A stretch of 64,000 nt of DNA from an uncultured Bacilli bacterium (GCA_944363525.1 CALVUF010000001.1:116497-180496), one strand, 5' to 3'; counted from the stretch's first letter, positions 33,156-43,185 are shown. Translations and numbers: made by a program. The notes: generated by a model not told the origin, from the sequence alone.

Positions 33156-36014
33156 ATGCCAAAACGCTCGGAGATTTTCAATTCGACCACCGCCATCAAA
33201 AAGGCCTTGGCCTTGCTTGGGTTGCTTCTAACCCTCCTTTTCTTTTTGTCCCCCAATACCCATCTTAAAGGGCTGTCTTTGATCCTGGCTTTCCCCTTTG
33301 GGACCGTCGGCTTCTACGCCCTCTGCCTCGCCGGGGCCTATTTCAGCCTTAAGTACCTTCTTTTCCCGACTGTCAAAGTCCCGAAGCGGATTTATTTCGC
33401 CTTGCTTGTGCTGGTCCTAGCCATCGGTTTGACCTGCAACGCCACCTTAGGGTCCGACCTCGCCGCCTATTCGAGTCTAGAGGCCTATTCGAAGCAAGCC
33501 TGGGCCGATTACGAGGGGTTCGGCTATTTCGTTGATTTCTCCCTAGGCATCGGGATCCTCGGAAATTTCCTGATGGGGCTTTTCTTAGAGCCGAACCTCG
33601 CGGGCCTTGGCTATTTCTTCCTCGTCTTAGTCTATTTGGCCGCCATCTTGGTCTATAGCTATCCCTATATAATCCTGCTTATTCGCCATCTGAAGAGCCA
33701 AGCCGCCATCCGGGCCAGTCAGGCCGAGCGGGAGCAGCAGGCCGAACAAGAAGTGCCCGACGAAGAGCCGATCCTCCTTTCCAAACGGCCGGAATCGATC
33801 ATCGCCCCCGAGGACGTCGACGATTCCTTCGAATCCTATGAGCCGAGCGGTGCCATCTCCAATCCTTTAGCCTCGTTCCGGTTTGAGCCGGCTGGCGAAT
33901 TCAAGCCGATGAAGCGGGGCGAGACCCGGTCGCTCGGGGTGTCCGCCGAGGCCGGACCCCGGGAAGTCCCACCGGTCCAATCCCATCTTTACCAAGGGCG
34001 GCCGGTCCAGTATTCCGGCTTGCAGGAAGCCCATTTCACCCCGAGCCGGGAAGCCACTCCCCCGAAGCCGGCGACCCCGCAGCCTTCCCTGGCCTCTTTC
34101 GCCCCCAACTCTTCCTATAATTCCGTTCCCACCGAGATCGTGGTTGAGCCGGAGCCCGCGCTTTCCCCGGCCGCGCCGAACTTTATCCCAACCCAGCCGA
34201 TCCCGGCGAGCGCGCCGCAACCCATGGCTCCGGAGCCAAGCCCGGCGACGCCATCTTCCTTTGCTCCGACCCCAGCCGAGCCGATTAAGCCGGCGGAACC
34301 GGTTATGCCGGTGCCACCTACGCCCGTCATCGAGGAACCGGAGCCCCAGATTCAGGAAGTGGAGCCGGAACCTACCCCGGTGGTCCCGCCCTTGCCGAAG
34401 ATCCCCTCAATCCAAGAGGCCCTTTCGCCGACTCCCGCCGTTTCCTCGACGGTTAACGAAGCCCCCGTCAATGAGCCCGTCGTCGAGCAAGCGGTCAGCG
34501 AACCCGAGAAAGAAGAGGACCTCGGCGATCCGGCCAAACCCTTGCCGCCTTACCAATTGCCCCCGGAATCGCTATTAAAGACCTACGATGACCAAAGCGA
34601 CCGCGAGGCGAGAATGGAGCAGGAATGCTTAGAGCGGACCGAGATCATCAACCAAACCTATGAGAACCTCGGGGCCGGGGCCCGGGTCGTCTCCCATAAG
34701 ATTGGGCCTTCCGTCACCCGTTATGACGTCGAAACCGCCCATGACGTCTCGGTTTCGAGCTTGAACCGCTATATCACCGACATCGCCTTGCGCCTAGGCG
34801 GGGTTTCGGTCCGTTTCTCCGAGATCGTCCCCGGCAAAGTCACCTCGGGCTTAGAGGTCATCAACTCGACCTCGCGGATCGTCTCTTTTAAGGAAGTCAA
34901 TGACGGATTGCCCCATACCAAGGGCATCACCATCCCCTTTGGGGAGGACATCGACGGGAAGATCCTCGGGGCCGACTTAACCTCCTTCCCCCACATGCTG
35001 GTGGCCGGGACCACCGGCTCGGGCAAATCGGTGTTCATCAACTCGATCATCATGGCGATTTTGATGCGTTATCGCCCGGAAGAGGTGAAGTTCCTCCTCA
35101 TCGACCCGAAAACCGTCTCCTTCTCCAAATTAGCCGATATTCCCCATCTGCTCTGCCCGATCGTCACCGACGCCGGGGCCAGCCGGAATGCCCTGAAGAA
35201 ACTGTGCGAATTGATGGACAAGCGGTATAAGATCTTCGCTTCCTGCCAAGTCAACGACATCGCCGAGTACAACTCCGACTACGCCGAATACGCCGGCAAG
35301 GCCAAGATGCCTTATATCATCGTTATCATCGACGAATACGCCGATTTAAGCGAGCAATGCAAGGACGTCTCTTCTTTCGTCTTGCGCTTAGCCCAGAAAG
35401 CCCGGGCCTGCGGGATCCATCTGATCGTCGCCACCCAGCGGCCCGACGTCAAGGTCATCACCGGGACCATTAAAGCCAACCTCCCGGTCCACGTCGCCTT
35501 GATGGTCGCCAATCCGATCGACTCCTCGACGATTCTCGGCTGCGCTGGGGCCGAGGAACTGGCTCCCCATGGCGACATGCTCGTTGATTGCCCGCAGGTA
35601 TTAAGAAAGCAATTGGCCCGGTGCCAAGGGTGCATGGTCGATCCGTTCGAGATGCGGCAAGTGGCCAACTGGGTCAAGCAGCAGCAGAAAGTGAGCTATG
35701 ACCCCGAATTCCTCCATCTGGAGGATGAAGGGGAGTCGGGCGATGCCGCCGTCTCGGCTTCGATGCCTTCCCCGGCCGAGCTCAAAGCCGCCTCCGATGA
35801 GGAGAAATACCAGATGATCAAAGCCGCCATCATGACCCGGGAATACTGCTCGATCTCCCAGATTCAGCGGGATTTCTCGGTCGGGTTCACCAGAGGCGGC
35901 AAGATCATGAAGCGGCTCCAGGAAGAGGGGATCGTCGCCTTCGATTCCGGCAATTCCAACTCGACCAAGGGCAGCAAGGTCTTAGTCCATAGCTTGGAGG
36001 CGGCCGAGCAATGA
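33156..36014 (+). CDS. ftsK: DNA translocase FtsK/SpoIIIE
   Basis: N-terminal TM segments, a Pro-rich linker, the motor domain with VAGTTGSGKS and IIDEYADL, and a C-terminal gamma-like winged helix. Confidence 0.95.
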   Translation: MPKRSEIFNSTTAIKKALALLGLLLTLLFFLSPNTHLKGLSLILAFPFGTVGFYALCLAGAYFSLKYLLFPTVKVPKRIYFALLVLVLAIGLTCNATLGSDLAAYSSLEAYSKQAWADYEGFGYFVDFSLGIGILGNFLMGLFLEPNLAGLGYFFLVLVYLAAILVYSYPYIILLIRHLKSQAAIRASQAEREQQAEQEVPDEEPILLSKRPESIIAPEDVDDSFESYEPSGAISNPLASFRFEPAGEFKPMKRGETRSLGVSAEAGPREVPPVQSHLYQGRPVQYSGLQEAHFTPSREATPPKPATPQPSLASFAPNSSYNSVPTEIVVEPEPALSPAAPNFIPTQPIPASAPQPMAPEPSPATPSSFAPTPAEPIKPAEPVMPVPPTPVIEEPEPQIQEVEPEPTPVVPPLPKIPSIQEALSPTPAVSSTVNEAPVNEPVVEQAVSEPEKEEDLGDPAKPLPPYQLPPESLLKTYDDQSDREARMEQECLERTEIINQTYENLGAGARVVSHKIGPSVTRYDVETAHDVSVSSLNRYITDIALRLGGVSVRFSEIVPGKVTSGLEVINSTSRIVSFKEVNDGLPHTKGITIPFGEDIDGKILGADLTSFPHMLVAGTTGSGKSVFINSIIMAILMRYRPEEVKFLLIDPKTVSFSKLADIPHLLCPIVTDAGASRNALKKLCELMDKRYKIFASCQVNDIAEYNSDYAEYAGKAKMPYIIVIIDEYADLSEQCKDVSSFVLRLAQKARACGIHLIVATQRPDVKVITGTIKANLPVHVALMVANPIDSSTILGCAGAEELAPHGDMLVDCPQVLRKQLARCQGCMVDPFEMRQVANWVKQQQKVSYDPEFLHLEDEGESGDAAVSASMPSPAELKAASDEEKYQMIKAAIMTREYCSISQIQRDFSVGFTRGGKIMKRLQEEGIVAFDSGNSNSTKGSKVLVHSLEAAEQ

Positions 36015-36325
36015 GAATCGGCTGTGACCTCGTTTATTTGCCCCGGATCAAGCCGGGGTTAGAGAAAGCCATCCTGACTGAGCTTGAGAAAGAAGAACTA
36101 TCCGCCAGCCCCAAGCCAAAGGAGTTCATCGGCGGCCGGTTTGCCCTGAAGGAAGCGTTCATGAAATCGATGGGGAAGGGGATCGATTCGATCGGTTTCC
36201 GGTCGATCGAAGTCCGCAAGGAAAGCGGCGGCGCCCCCTATATCGTCTATCAGGGGAAACGCTATGAATGCTCCTTAAGCCACGATGGGGATTACGCCTT
36301 CGCCGTGGCTATATATGAGGATTGA
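36011..36325 (+). CDS. acpS: holo-[acyl-carrier-protein] synthase
   Basis: IGCDLVYLPRI and RFALKEAFMKSMG; 104 aa; ATGA overlap with ftsK. Confidence 0.85.
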   Translation: MRIGCDLVYLPRIKPGLEKAILTELEKEELSASPKPKEFIGGRFALKEAFMKSMGKGIDSIGFRSIEVRKESGGAPYIVYQGKRYECSLSHDGDYAFAVAIYED

Positions 36326-36365
36326 AAAGCACCGGTAATCTCCTTATATTTACCTCGACACGATT

Positions 36366-38465
36366 ATGAAAGATACCTACTTAGACGCGAAGCTCGTCAA
36401 GCCCAACCAGATCCGCCTCGTCGTTTTCTCGGCTTTGCCGTGGGAACGGCTCGATCCGGTATTGCTCATCGACGGGAAGAAATACACCGGTTTGACCACC
36501 GCCAAAATCCAGACGATGCCCCAACTCGCCATCGTCGACTTCCTCCTCCCGACGCCTTTGGAACTCGGGCATAGTTATTTCTTGGTCCTTCCCCAATATG
36601 GGTCGATCCCAGTCGACGTCTCGGAAGCAACCGAGTTCCCCGATTTCGATTCGAGGTTTTATTACGCCGGCGATGATTTAGGCTGCACCTATTCGCCAGA
36701 AGGGACCCGGTTTGCCTTATGGGCCCCCTTAGCCTCGAAAGCCTCGCTTTTGTATCGCCAAACCGAAGCCGATCCCTGGAAACTCTCGATCATGGAAAGG
36801 ACCGAGAAAGGGGTGTATCGGACGTATCTTGAAGGCGATTACGATGGCTACCAATACATCTATTCCATCGTCAATTCCGAGATCGAGCGCCAAGCGACCG
36901 ACCCTTACGCCAAAGGCTCGGGCCCCAACGGGGCCTATTCGGTCGTCATCAACCCGGCCAAGACCAAGATCGACTTCAAACGGGAGAACCTCCCGGTCCT
37001 CGATTCGCCGTCCTCCTGCATCATCTACGAAGGCCACGTCCGGGATTTGACAATCTCGACCTATACCGACATCGTCCATAAGGGCAAATTCTTAGGGCTC
37101 GCCGAAACCGGGCGGAAGACCAAAGACGGCTTGCCGGCCGGGTTGGATTACATCGCCTCCTTAGGCATCACCCATCTTCAGCTTCTGCCGATCTACGATT
37201 ACCAGACCGTCGATGAACTCCGACCCAACGATTCCTATAACTGGGGCTATGACCCGGCCCAATACTTCGTACCCGAAGGGAGTTATGCCAGCGACGTCCA
37301 CGATCCCTATTCCCGAATCAAGGATTGCCAGGCCTTGGTGGCCGCGTGCCACCAAAAGGGGATCCGGGTGGTCATGGACGTCGTCTATAACCACGTCTAT
37401 GAATACCAGTTCTCGGTCTTCGAACGGGTGGTGCCGAATTACTATTTTAGGAAACGCCATTCCGGCAAGATGGCCGCCACCTCGGGGTGTGGCGATGACC
37501 TCGCCTCCGAACGGCCGATGGTTAGGAAGATGATCCTCGATTGCTGCGGCTATTGGCAGGACCAATTCGGGATCGACGGCTTCCGGTTCGACTTAATGGG
37601 CATCCTCGACGTCGAGACGATGAAACTGATTGCGGAAAACGCCAAGCGGAAAGACCCAAGCTTCATCGTCTATGGCGAAGGCTGGAACATGGGCGGGGAG
37701 GTCAATGTCCCCTTGGCCCATATGGGGAACTACGCGATGATGCCGGGAATCGGTTTCTTCAACGATTTTTATCGCGAGAAAGCCAAAAGCTATTTCAAAG
37801 GCGACCCGGAAGGGATGCAGCCGTTTAAAAACGCCTATGCCGGCTCCTGCCTCGACTTCATCGCCCCCAAGCATTTCCTCTCGGCCAACCAATCGATCAA
37901 TTACGTCGAATGCCATGATAACGGGACTTTCTTCGATTACCTCTCCAAAGCCCGGCCCGATTTGCCGGAAGCGGAGATCTTAAAGCTGGTCAATGCCGCC
38001 AACGCGACCGTCTTGCTCTCTTTCGGCGTCCCTTTTATCCATGCCGGGCAGGAAATCGGCGCCTCAAAGTGGGGCGAGGACAACACCTACAACAAAGGCG
38101 ATCACTATAACAAATTCTCCTACTCCCTACTCGGGAAGCGGAAATGGATGTATGATAGTTTCAAGCGGTTCGTTAGCTACCGGCGCAACAGCCGTTATCT
38201 CCATATCTACGACCCCCGGGTCATCGATACCGCGATCGATCTAAGCGACATCGGCGAATGCCTCCATGTCCATTTCCTCGAGAAGAATCTGATCGCCCCC
38301 TTGAAGGCGGTCGACTTCTTCATCAACCCGTCCCCAAAGGACGCCAACTATACCTTAAACGCCCCGGCCGCGGTCGCCCTTGACCCGACAGGGAATCCCG
38401 GGACGGCCCGGGTGAGCGAACTCTCTTCCCCCAAGCGGTCGCTCATCGTCACCATAGCCAAATAA
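36366..38465 (+). CDS. type I pullulanase (GH13), cytoplasmic
   Basis: GH13 regions GIRVVMDVVYNH, GFRFDLMG, YGEGW and YVECHDN. No signal peptide. Confidence 0.88.
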   Translation: MKDTYLDAKLVKPNQIRLVVFSALPWERLDPVLLIDGKKYTGLTTAKIQTMPQLAIVDFLLPTPLELGHSYFLVLPQYGSIPVDVSEATEFPDFDSRFYYAGDDLGCTYSPEGTRFALWAPLASKASLLYRQTEADPWKLSIMERTEKGVYRTYLEGDYDGYQYIYSIVNSEIERQATDPYAKGSGPNGAYSVVINPAKTKIDFKRENLPVLDSPSSCIIYEGHVRDLTISTYTDIVHKGKFLGLAETGRKTKDGLPAGLDYIASLGITHLQLLPIYDYQTVDELRPNDSYNWGYDPAQYFVPEGSYASDVHDPYSRIKDCQALVAACHQKGIRVVMDVVYNHVYEYQFSVFERVVPNYYFRKRHSGKMAATSGCGDDLASERPMVRKMILDCCGYWQDQFGIDGFRFDLMGILDVETMKLIAENAKRKDPSFIVYGEGWNMGGEVNVPLAHMGNYAMMPGIGFFNDFYREKAKSYFKGDPEGMQPFKNAYAGSCLDFIAPKHFLSANQSINYVECHDNGTFFDYLSKARPDLPEAEILKLVNAANATVLLSFGVPFIHAGQEIGASKWGEDNTYNKGDHYNKFSYSLLGKRKWMYDSFKRFVSYRRNSRYLHIYDPRVIDTAIDLSDIGECLHVHFLEKNLIAPLKAVDFFINPSPKDANYTLNAPAAVALDPTGNPGTARVSELSSPKRSLIVTIAK

Positions 38466-38518
38466 GCGGGGGATAGCAAAAAGCCCGATATAAAACCAAA
38501 AAAGGAGGCTTTTTGCCT

Positions 38519-38782
38519 ATGTTATCCGCCGTTTTCCTTTCCGGTCGCCTCGGTCCCGCCACCGACGACCCCATCCGCACCGTCTACGTCGACCGGGTCA
38601 TCCCCGAGAAGGCCGCTTACCGGGTCGACTCCTTCCCCGTCCGCTCGATGCTGGCCCATTCCGCCAGCTTCTACACCGCCAAAGAAGGAACCCCGATCGT
38701 CTTGAAAGGGCGGCTCGAGATGGAGCAGGGGAGGCTCATCATCGTCTCCGAACTCGAGGAAGTCGGGCTCGGGGCCCGTTAA
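38519..38782 (+). CDS. small OB-fold-like (SSB-like) hypothetical protein
   Basis: MLSAVFLSGRLG ... IVLKGRLEMEQGRLIIVSELEEV resembles an SSB OB-fold core without the tail. SD GGAGG at 38504-38508. Confidence 0.45.
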   Translation: MLSAVFLSGRLGPATDDPIRTVYVDRVIPEKAAYRVDSFPVRSMLAHSASFYTAKEGTPIVLKGRLEMEQGRLIIVSELEEVGLGAR

Positions 38783-38819
38783 TCGTTTTTGCCTAAATAA
38801 GGCAAAGCGGCCCCGATTG

Positions 38820-38828
38820 TGCTACATT
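38820..38828 (+). promoter_or_regulatory. extended -10 box 7 nt from the plsC ATG (leaderless-type)
   Basis: TGcTACATT at 38820-38828, then TATCGCG, then ATG 38836. Confidence 0.4.
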
Positions 38829-38835
38829 TATCGCG

Positions 38836-39657
38836 ATGAAGAAATTCCTGAAGTGGTGCCGTCTGGTCTGTTGCCTCTGGTATAAGGTGCTTTATGCCTA
38901 CTTCGCTTTTCTGCTTAAGTATTCCCGCCATCCGGAGCGCTATCCCCTTTCCGAGCGTTATGCCCGGGTTCGGGGGCTGATCGTCGACGTCTGCCGGCAT
39001 TTACGGATCGAGCTCAAAGTCCAGGGAATCGAGTATTTCCTTGACCGGGAGGACGGGACATTGCTATGCGGCAACCACATCGCCGTGAGCGACGTCCTCC
39101 TGATCCTTTGTTTGTCGGAGAAGCCGATCTCCTTCGTCGGGAAAAAAGAGGTCAAGAAGATCCCGGTGGTCGGAAGGTGCCTTAAAGCCATCGACGGCCT
39201 GTTCCTCGATCGGAGCGACCCCCGGCAAGCCATCTATTTATTCCGGGAAGCCGATAAGCGAATGAAGGAGGAAGGGCTTTCCTACGTCATCTTCCCCGAA
39301 GGGACCAGAGCCAAAGGGAAAAACAAGGGCAAGACCTTGCCATTCCACCCGGGCTCCTTCAAGATCGCCTACCGGAACAAAGGGCCGATCGTCCTTTATG
39401 CCGGGATGGGGACCGACCGTTTATTAAGCGGCGACTTGGATAAGCGGCATTATTGCCAGCTGTCCTTCTTCCCGCCTTTGACCTATGAGCAATACCATGA
39501 GCTCTCGACCGTTGAATTCGCCGAGAAAGCCCATGGGATCATCGAGCAGGAGGCCAACCGTCTCCGGGAAGAGGATAAGAAGTATTACTTAGCCAACCGG
39601 CAGAAGCAAAAGCTGCCCGCCTTACCGAAAGGAATCGGAATGCATTATGCGAAATGA
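38836..39657 (+). CDS. plsC: 1-acyl-sn-glycerol-3-phosphate acyltransferase
   Basis: HX4D motif NHIAVSD and the FPEGTR motif. Confidence 0.85.
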   Translation: MKKFLKWCRLVCCLWYKVLYAYFAFLLKYSRHPERYPLSERYARVRGLIVDVCRHLRIELKVQGIEYFLDREDGTLLCGNHIAVSDVLLILCLSEKPISFVGKKEVKKIPVVGRCLKAIDGLFLDRSDPRQAIYLFREADKRMKEEGLSYVIFPEGTRAKGKNKGKTLPFHPGSFKIAYRNKGPIVLYAGMGTDRLLSGDLDKRHYCQLSFFPPLTYEQYHELSTVEFAEKAHGIIEQEANRLREEDKKYYLANRQKQKLPALPKGIGMHYAK

Positions 39658-40054
39658 GGAAAACAAACCCGATTACGGCCTGTTCAAGACCAGCGGCACC
39701 GCCTTGGTCATCGGGAGTCTGGCCGTCGCCGTCTCGCTGATTTCGATCTTCGCCACCTCCGATGCCCCTAATAAGACGATCGATATCCTAACTTACGGGA
39801 TCCCCTGCTTTATCCTGCTGCTGGGGCTCGGGGTCATCGGGATGCTCTCGCTGACCAATGCCGACCTTCCCAAGTTCCGTTTGCTTAGCTGTATTGGCTC
39901 CATCGTCGGCGGCGTCATCCAAGCGGCAATTGGGATTTTGATCTGGGCTGGCTTAAAGGACATGACCCTTGGCATCTGCGGCCTCGGCATCGGGGTCTGC
40001 GTGATCGGGGTCGGGATCGCGGCCTTGCTTAAATACCGCGAGCAGGCTAAATAA
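39647..40054 (+). CDS. membrane protein, unknown function
   Basis: 135 aa with four hydrophobic segments; overlaps the plsC stop by 11 nt. Confidence 0.6.
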   Translation: MRNEENKPDYGLFKTSGTALVIGSLAVAVSLISIFATSDAPNKTIDILTYGIPCFILLLGLGVIGMLSLTNADLPKFRLLSCIGSIVGGVIQAAIGILIWAGLKDMTLGICGLGIGVCVIGVGIAALLKYREQAK

Positions 40055-41330
40055 GGTCGGAAGCGACGAATTTCCGCCTTAGCCCCTTGGGCAGGCGGTT
40101 TTTTATTTGCCCGTGGACCGATTTCCCCGTCCCTAAGACTAAACCGTTGTAAGTTAAGGAAAGGAAGCCGCTGGGGGCGGGGTGAGCTATCTGCTCGCCA
40201 TGGAGATAGGCGAGGGCTTCCTCTAAGCTCAATTCGACTTTCGGAAGATATTCGCGAAGGTTATGGCAGGGCTCAAAACGGGGTAAGGAAAGGGCCTGCA
40301 AGCCGTATTTGACGATCCCGGAAGAGAAACGGAACCCGGGGATCGGGAGGGCATAGACATAACGGTCGCTTAGATAGGTGCAATAGTTGTTTAACCCATA
40401 AGGGGCCAATTCGTCGGCGTATTGGTGATCGGTTTTCCTTTCAACCGGGAAGCGGGGCGCGGCTTGACCTTCTTTTTTAAGCATGCAGCAGAACTGCCCT
40501 TCGCCTGGGAAGCGGGATGGCAGCAGGTAAACCGCCTCCGGAAGGTCGGGGTGATGATAAAACCGGGGGTCGTCTTGGACGGGAACCGGACGGAATTCCG
40601 GATGGGAGGCAAGGAAGGATTTGATCATCCCGATGTCCTCTTCATAGCTGAATGAGCAGGTCGAATAGACCATCGTCCCGCCAGGTCGGAGCATGAGCGA
40701 AGCCCCTTCGAGCAGCTCTTTTTGGATGGTGGCGCAGGCCTCGACTTTGCCAAGCGACCAATCGGCCTTGGCCAAGGCGTTTTTCCGGAACATCGCTTGC
40801 CCCGAGCAAGGGGCGTCGAGGATGATCTTATCGAAGACCCCGTGCATATCCGGTCCATAGGCGGTCAGGTTCTTCGAGAGGACTTGGACGTTGGCGAGGG
40901 CCATCCGCTCGATATTGCTCGATAGTTCGAGGGCCCGAGGATGGGACAAATCGTTGGCTAAGACCAAGGCCGGCTTCCTTAAGGCCGCCTGGATGGTCTT
41001 GCCCCCGGGGGCGGCGCAGCAATCGAGGACCAATTCGCCTGGGCTTACGTCAAGGAAGTGGACCGGGAGGGCCGAGCTCGGGTCTTGGATCGAGATGGCC
41101 CCGGCGAAATAGGATAGGGTTTTGCCTAGATGATGGGAAGCGGGGTAGCGGAACCCGTTTTCGATCAAGGAATCTTTGGTCAAAAAGGGGAAGCGGCGGA
41201 GCAATTCCTCCGCGCTTAGCTTGCTTTCGTTAAGAATCGCGATCTTCTCGCTGACCGGTTCTTCGAGTGCCTTCAAAAGCGGGTCTTTTTCTTCGCCAAG
41301 GTAGGCCAACGAGTCCCCTAGTCCGTTCAT
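40047..41330 (-). CDS. RsmB/RsmF (NOL1/NOP2/Sun) family RNA cytosine-C5 methyltransferase
   Basis: DCCAAPGGKT, ILDAPCSG and YSTCS motifs. Confidence 0.88.
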   Translation of the reverse strand: MNGLGDSLAYLGEEKDPLLKALEEPVSEKIAILNESKLSAEELLRRFPFLTKDSLIENGFRYPASHHLGKTLSYFAGAISIQDPSSALPVHFLDVSPGELVLDCCAAPGGKTIQAALRKPALVLANDLSHPRALELSSNIERMALANVQVLSKNLTAYGPDMHGVFDKIILDAPCSGQAMFRKNALAKADWSLGKVEACATIQKELLEGASLMLRPGGTMVYSTCSFSYEEDIGMIKSFLASHPEFRPVPVQDDPRFYHHPDLPEAVYLLPSRFPGEGQFCCMLKKEGQAAPRFPVERKTDHQYADELAPYGLNNYCTYLSDRYVYALPIPGFRFSSGIVKYGLQALSLPRFEPCHNLREYLPKVELSLEEALAYLHGEQIAHPAPSGFLSLTYNGLVLGTGKSVHGQIKNRLPKGLRRKFVASDLI

Positions 41331-41338
41331 ACCTGCCC

Positions 41339-41347
41339 ACTATACCA
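41339..41347 (-). promoter_or_regulatory. extended -10 box 8 nt from the ATG (near-leaderless)
   Basis: On the minus strand: TGgTATAGT (41347-41339), then GGGCAGGT, then ATG 41330. Confidence 0.4.
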
Positions 41348-41434
41348 CCATTTGGGGTCTTTGCTTCTTTTCTCTCGCTTTTTGCCCTATAATTCAGTTG
41401 CCAAGAATATAAATATTCTTCAGGAGGAACGCTT

Positions 41435-42736
41435 ATGCGGACGGTTGATATCATCGAGAAGAAACGGGATGGGGGGAAGCTCACCCAAGAGGAGATCTCC
41501 TTCTTCATCCAGGGCTATACGAAAGGGACCATCCCCGATTACCAGGCCAGCGCGTTGCTGATGGCCATCCTTTTCCAAGGGATGGACGACGAGGAGACGG
41601 CCGAGCTGACCGACGCGATGCGGCTGTCCGGCGAGCAGGTCGATTTGTCCCGCATCCAAGGGGTCAAGGTCGATAAGCATTCGACCGGCGGGGTCGGGGA
41701 CAAGACCTCCCTCGTCTTAGGGCCCTTGGTCGCGAGCTGCGGAGCGAAATTAGCCAAGATGAGCGGCCGCGGCCTCGGCCATACCGGCGGCACCCTCGAC
41801 AAGATGGAATCGATCCCGGGGATGCGGATCGATTTAAGCGAAGAGGAGTTCATCAAGCAGGTCAACGACATCGGGATCGCCATCATCGGCCAGACCGCCG
41901 ACATCGACCCGGCCGATAAGAAACTCTATGCCCTCCGCGACGTCACCGGGACCGTCGAGTCGATCCCCTTAATCGCCTCCTCGATCATGAGCAAGAAACT
42001 TTGCTCGGGAGCCAACGCCATTCTCCTCGACGTCAAGTTCGGTTCGGGGGCCTTCATGAAAACCCTCGATAAAGCCAAGGAATTGGCGACCACCATGGTT
42101 AAAATTGGCGACCATCTCCACCGTGATACCCGGGCCATCCTCACCGATATGGATGAGCCGCTTGGACTGGCGGTTGGGAACGCCTTAGAAGTCAAAGAGG
42201 CCATCGCCACCTTAAAAGGCGAGGGGCCGAAGGATTTGACCGAACTGGTCATCAAAGCCGGCGGGATCATGCTAGAGCAAGCCAAGTTGGTCAAAACCCA
42301 TGAAGAGGGGGAAACCAAAATCAAAGAGGCCATCGCTAATGGAGCCGGGCTTTCTAAACTCAAGCAGATGGTCGCTTCCCAAAGCGGGGACGTAAGCTAT
42401 ATCGATGATCCGACGAAGTTCCCTTTAGCCCAGCATATCGTCGAGATCAAAGCCAATCAGGACGGCTATATCCAGCGGATCGATTCGCTTGGCATCGGGG
42501 TTTCGGCCATGAAGCTTGGGGCTGGCCGGGCTACGAAAGAAGATAGCATCGACATGGCGGCCGGCATCGTCTTGGCCAAGAAAGTCGGGGATTACGTCGT
42601 TAAAGGCGAGACCTTGGCCCTCGCCCATACCAATAAAGACGATTATGAGGCGGTTTTAACCGATATCTTTCATGCCTTCGTCCTCGGGGAAGAGAAACAG
42701 GCTGAACGGCCGATCGTCTACGGTTATATCAAATGA
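41435..42736 (+). CDS. pdp: pyrimidine-nucleoside phosphorylase
   Basis: DKHSTGGVGDK and GRGLGHTGGTLDK motifs; SD AGGAGG. Confidence 0.93.
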   Translation: MRTVDIIEKKRDGGKLTQEEISFFIQGYTKGTIPDYQASALLMAILFQGMDDEETAELTDAMRLSGEQVDLSRIQGVKVDKHSTGGVGDKTSLVLGPLVASCGAKLAKMSGRGLGHTGGTLDKMESIPGMRIDLSEEEFIKQVNDIGIAIIGQTADIDPADKKLYALRDVTGTVESIPLIASSIMSKKLCSGANAILLDVKFGSGAFMKTLDKAKELATTMVKIGDHLHRDTRAILTDMDEPLGLAVGNALEVKEAIATLKGEGPKDLTELVIKAGGIMLEQAKLVKTHEEGETKIKEAIANGAGLSKLKQMVASQSGDVSYIDDPTKFPLAQHIVEIKANQDGYIQRIDSLGIGVSAMKLGAGRATKEDSIDMAAGIVLAKKVGDYVVKGETLALAHTNKDDYEAVLTDIFHAFVLGEEKQAERPIVYGYIK

Positions 42737-43185
42737 AGGTCGTGCTCCAATTAGTCAAGCAGGCCTCAGTCGAGGTTGATGAGCAGTTAGTCTCAAAGAT
42801 TGGGAAGGGGTATCTGCTTTTATGCGGCTTTGAGAATGGGGATGAGGAAAAGGTCTTATCCCAAATGGCCCATAAGATCGTCAATCTGCGGGTTTTCCCC
42901 GATGAAAACGGGAAGACCAACCTTTCTTTGGCCCAGGTCGGCGGGAGCATCCTCGCCGTCAGCCAGTTCACCTTATTGGCCGATTGCCGCCACGGCAACC
43001 GGCCGAGCTTTACTAAGGCGATGGGGCGAATGGAAGCCAAAGGGGTCTATGAGGCTTTCTTGGAGGAATTAAGGAAACTCGGGGCCGAGGTCCAGCCTGG
43101 TTCCTATGGCGACGATATGGCGGTCAGCCTAATCAATGACGGCCCGTTCACCCTGTATTTGGATTCAAAGGAATTGTTTAGATGA
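42733..43185 (+). CDS. dtd: D-aminoacyl-tRNA deacylase
   Basis: 150 aa; SQFTLLAD and NGPFT motifs; ATGA overlap with pdp. Confidence 0.93.
   Translation: MKVVLQLVKQASVEVDEQLVSKIGKGYLLLCGFENGDEEKVLSQMAHKIVNLRVFPDENGKTNLSLAQVGGSILAVSQFTLLADCRHGNRPSFTKAMGRMEAKGVYEAFLEELRKLGAEVQPGSYGDDMAVSLINDGPFTLYLDSKELFR

Noticed and set aside
33700-34560. Pro/Ala/Glu-rich repetitive-looking region in ftsK, and the Ser-run at 44400-44530 in the MBL lipoprotein.
   Set aside because: These are low-complexity linkers typical of FtsK and of lipoprotein tethers. There is no exact tandem DNA repeat unit, so they are not called as repeats or contingency loci.
38477-38516. 10-bp pairing GCAAAAAGCC ... GGCTTTTTGC spanning the SD of the small OB-fold gene (possible pulA terminator or SD sequestration).
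   Set aside because: The 21-nt A-rich loop makes the structure weak. I could not decide between terminator and coincidence without folding energies.
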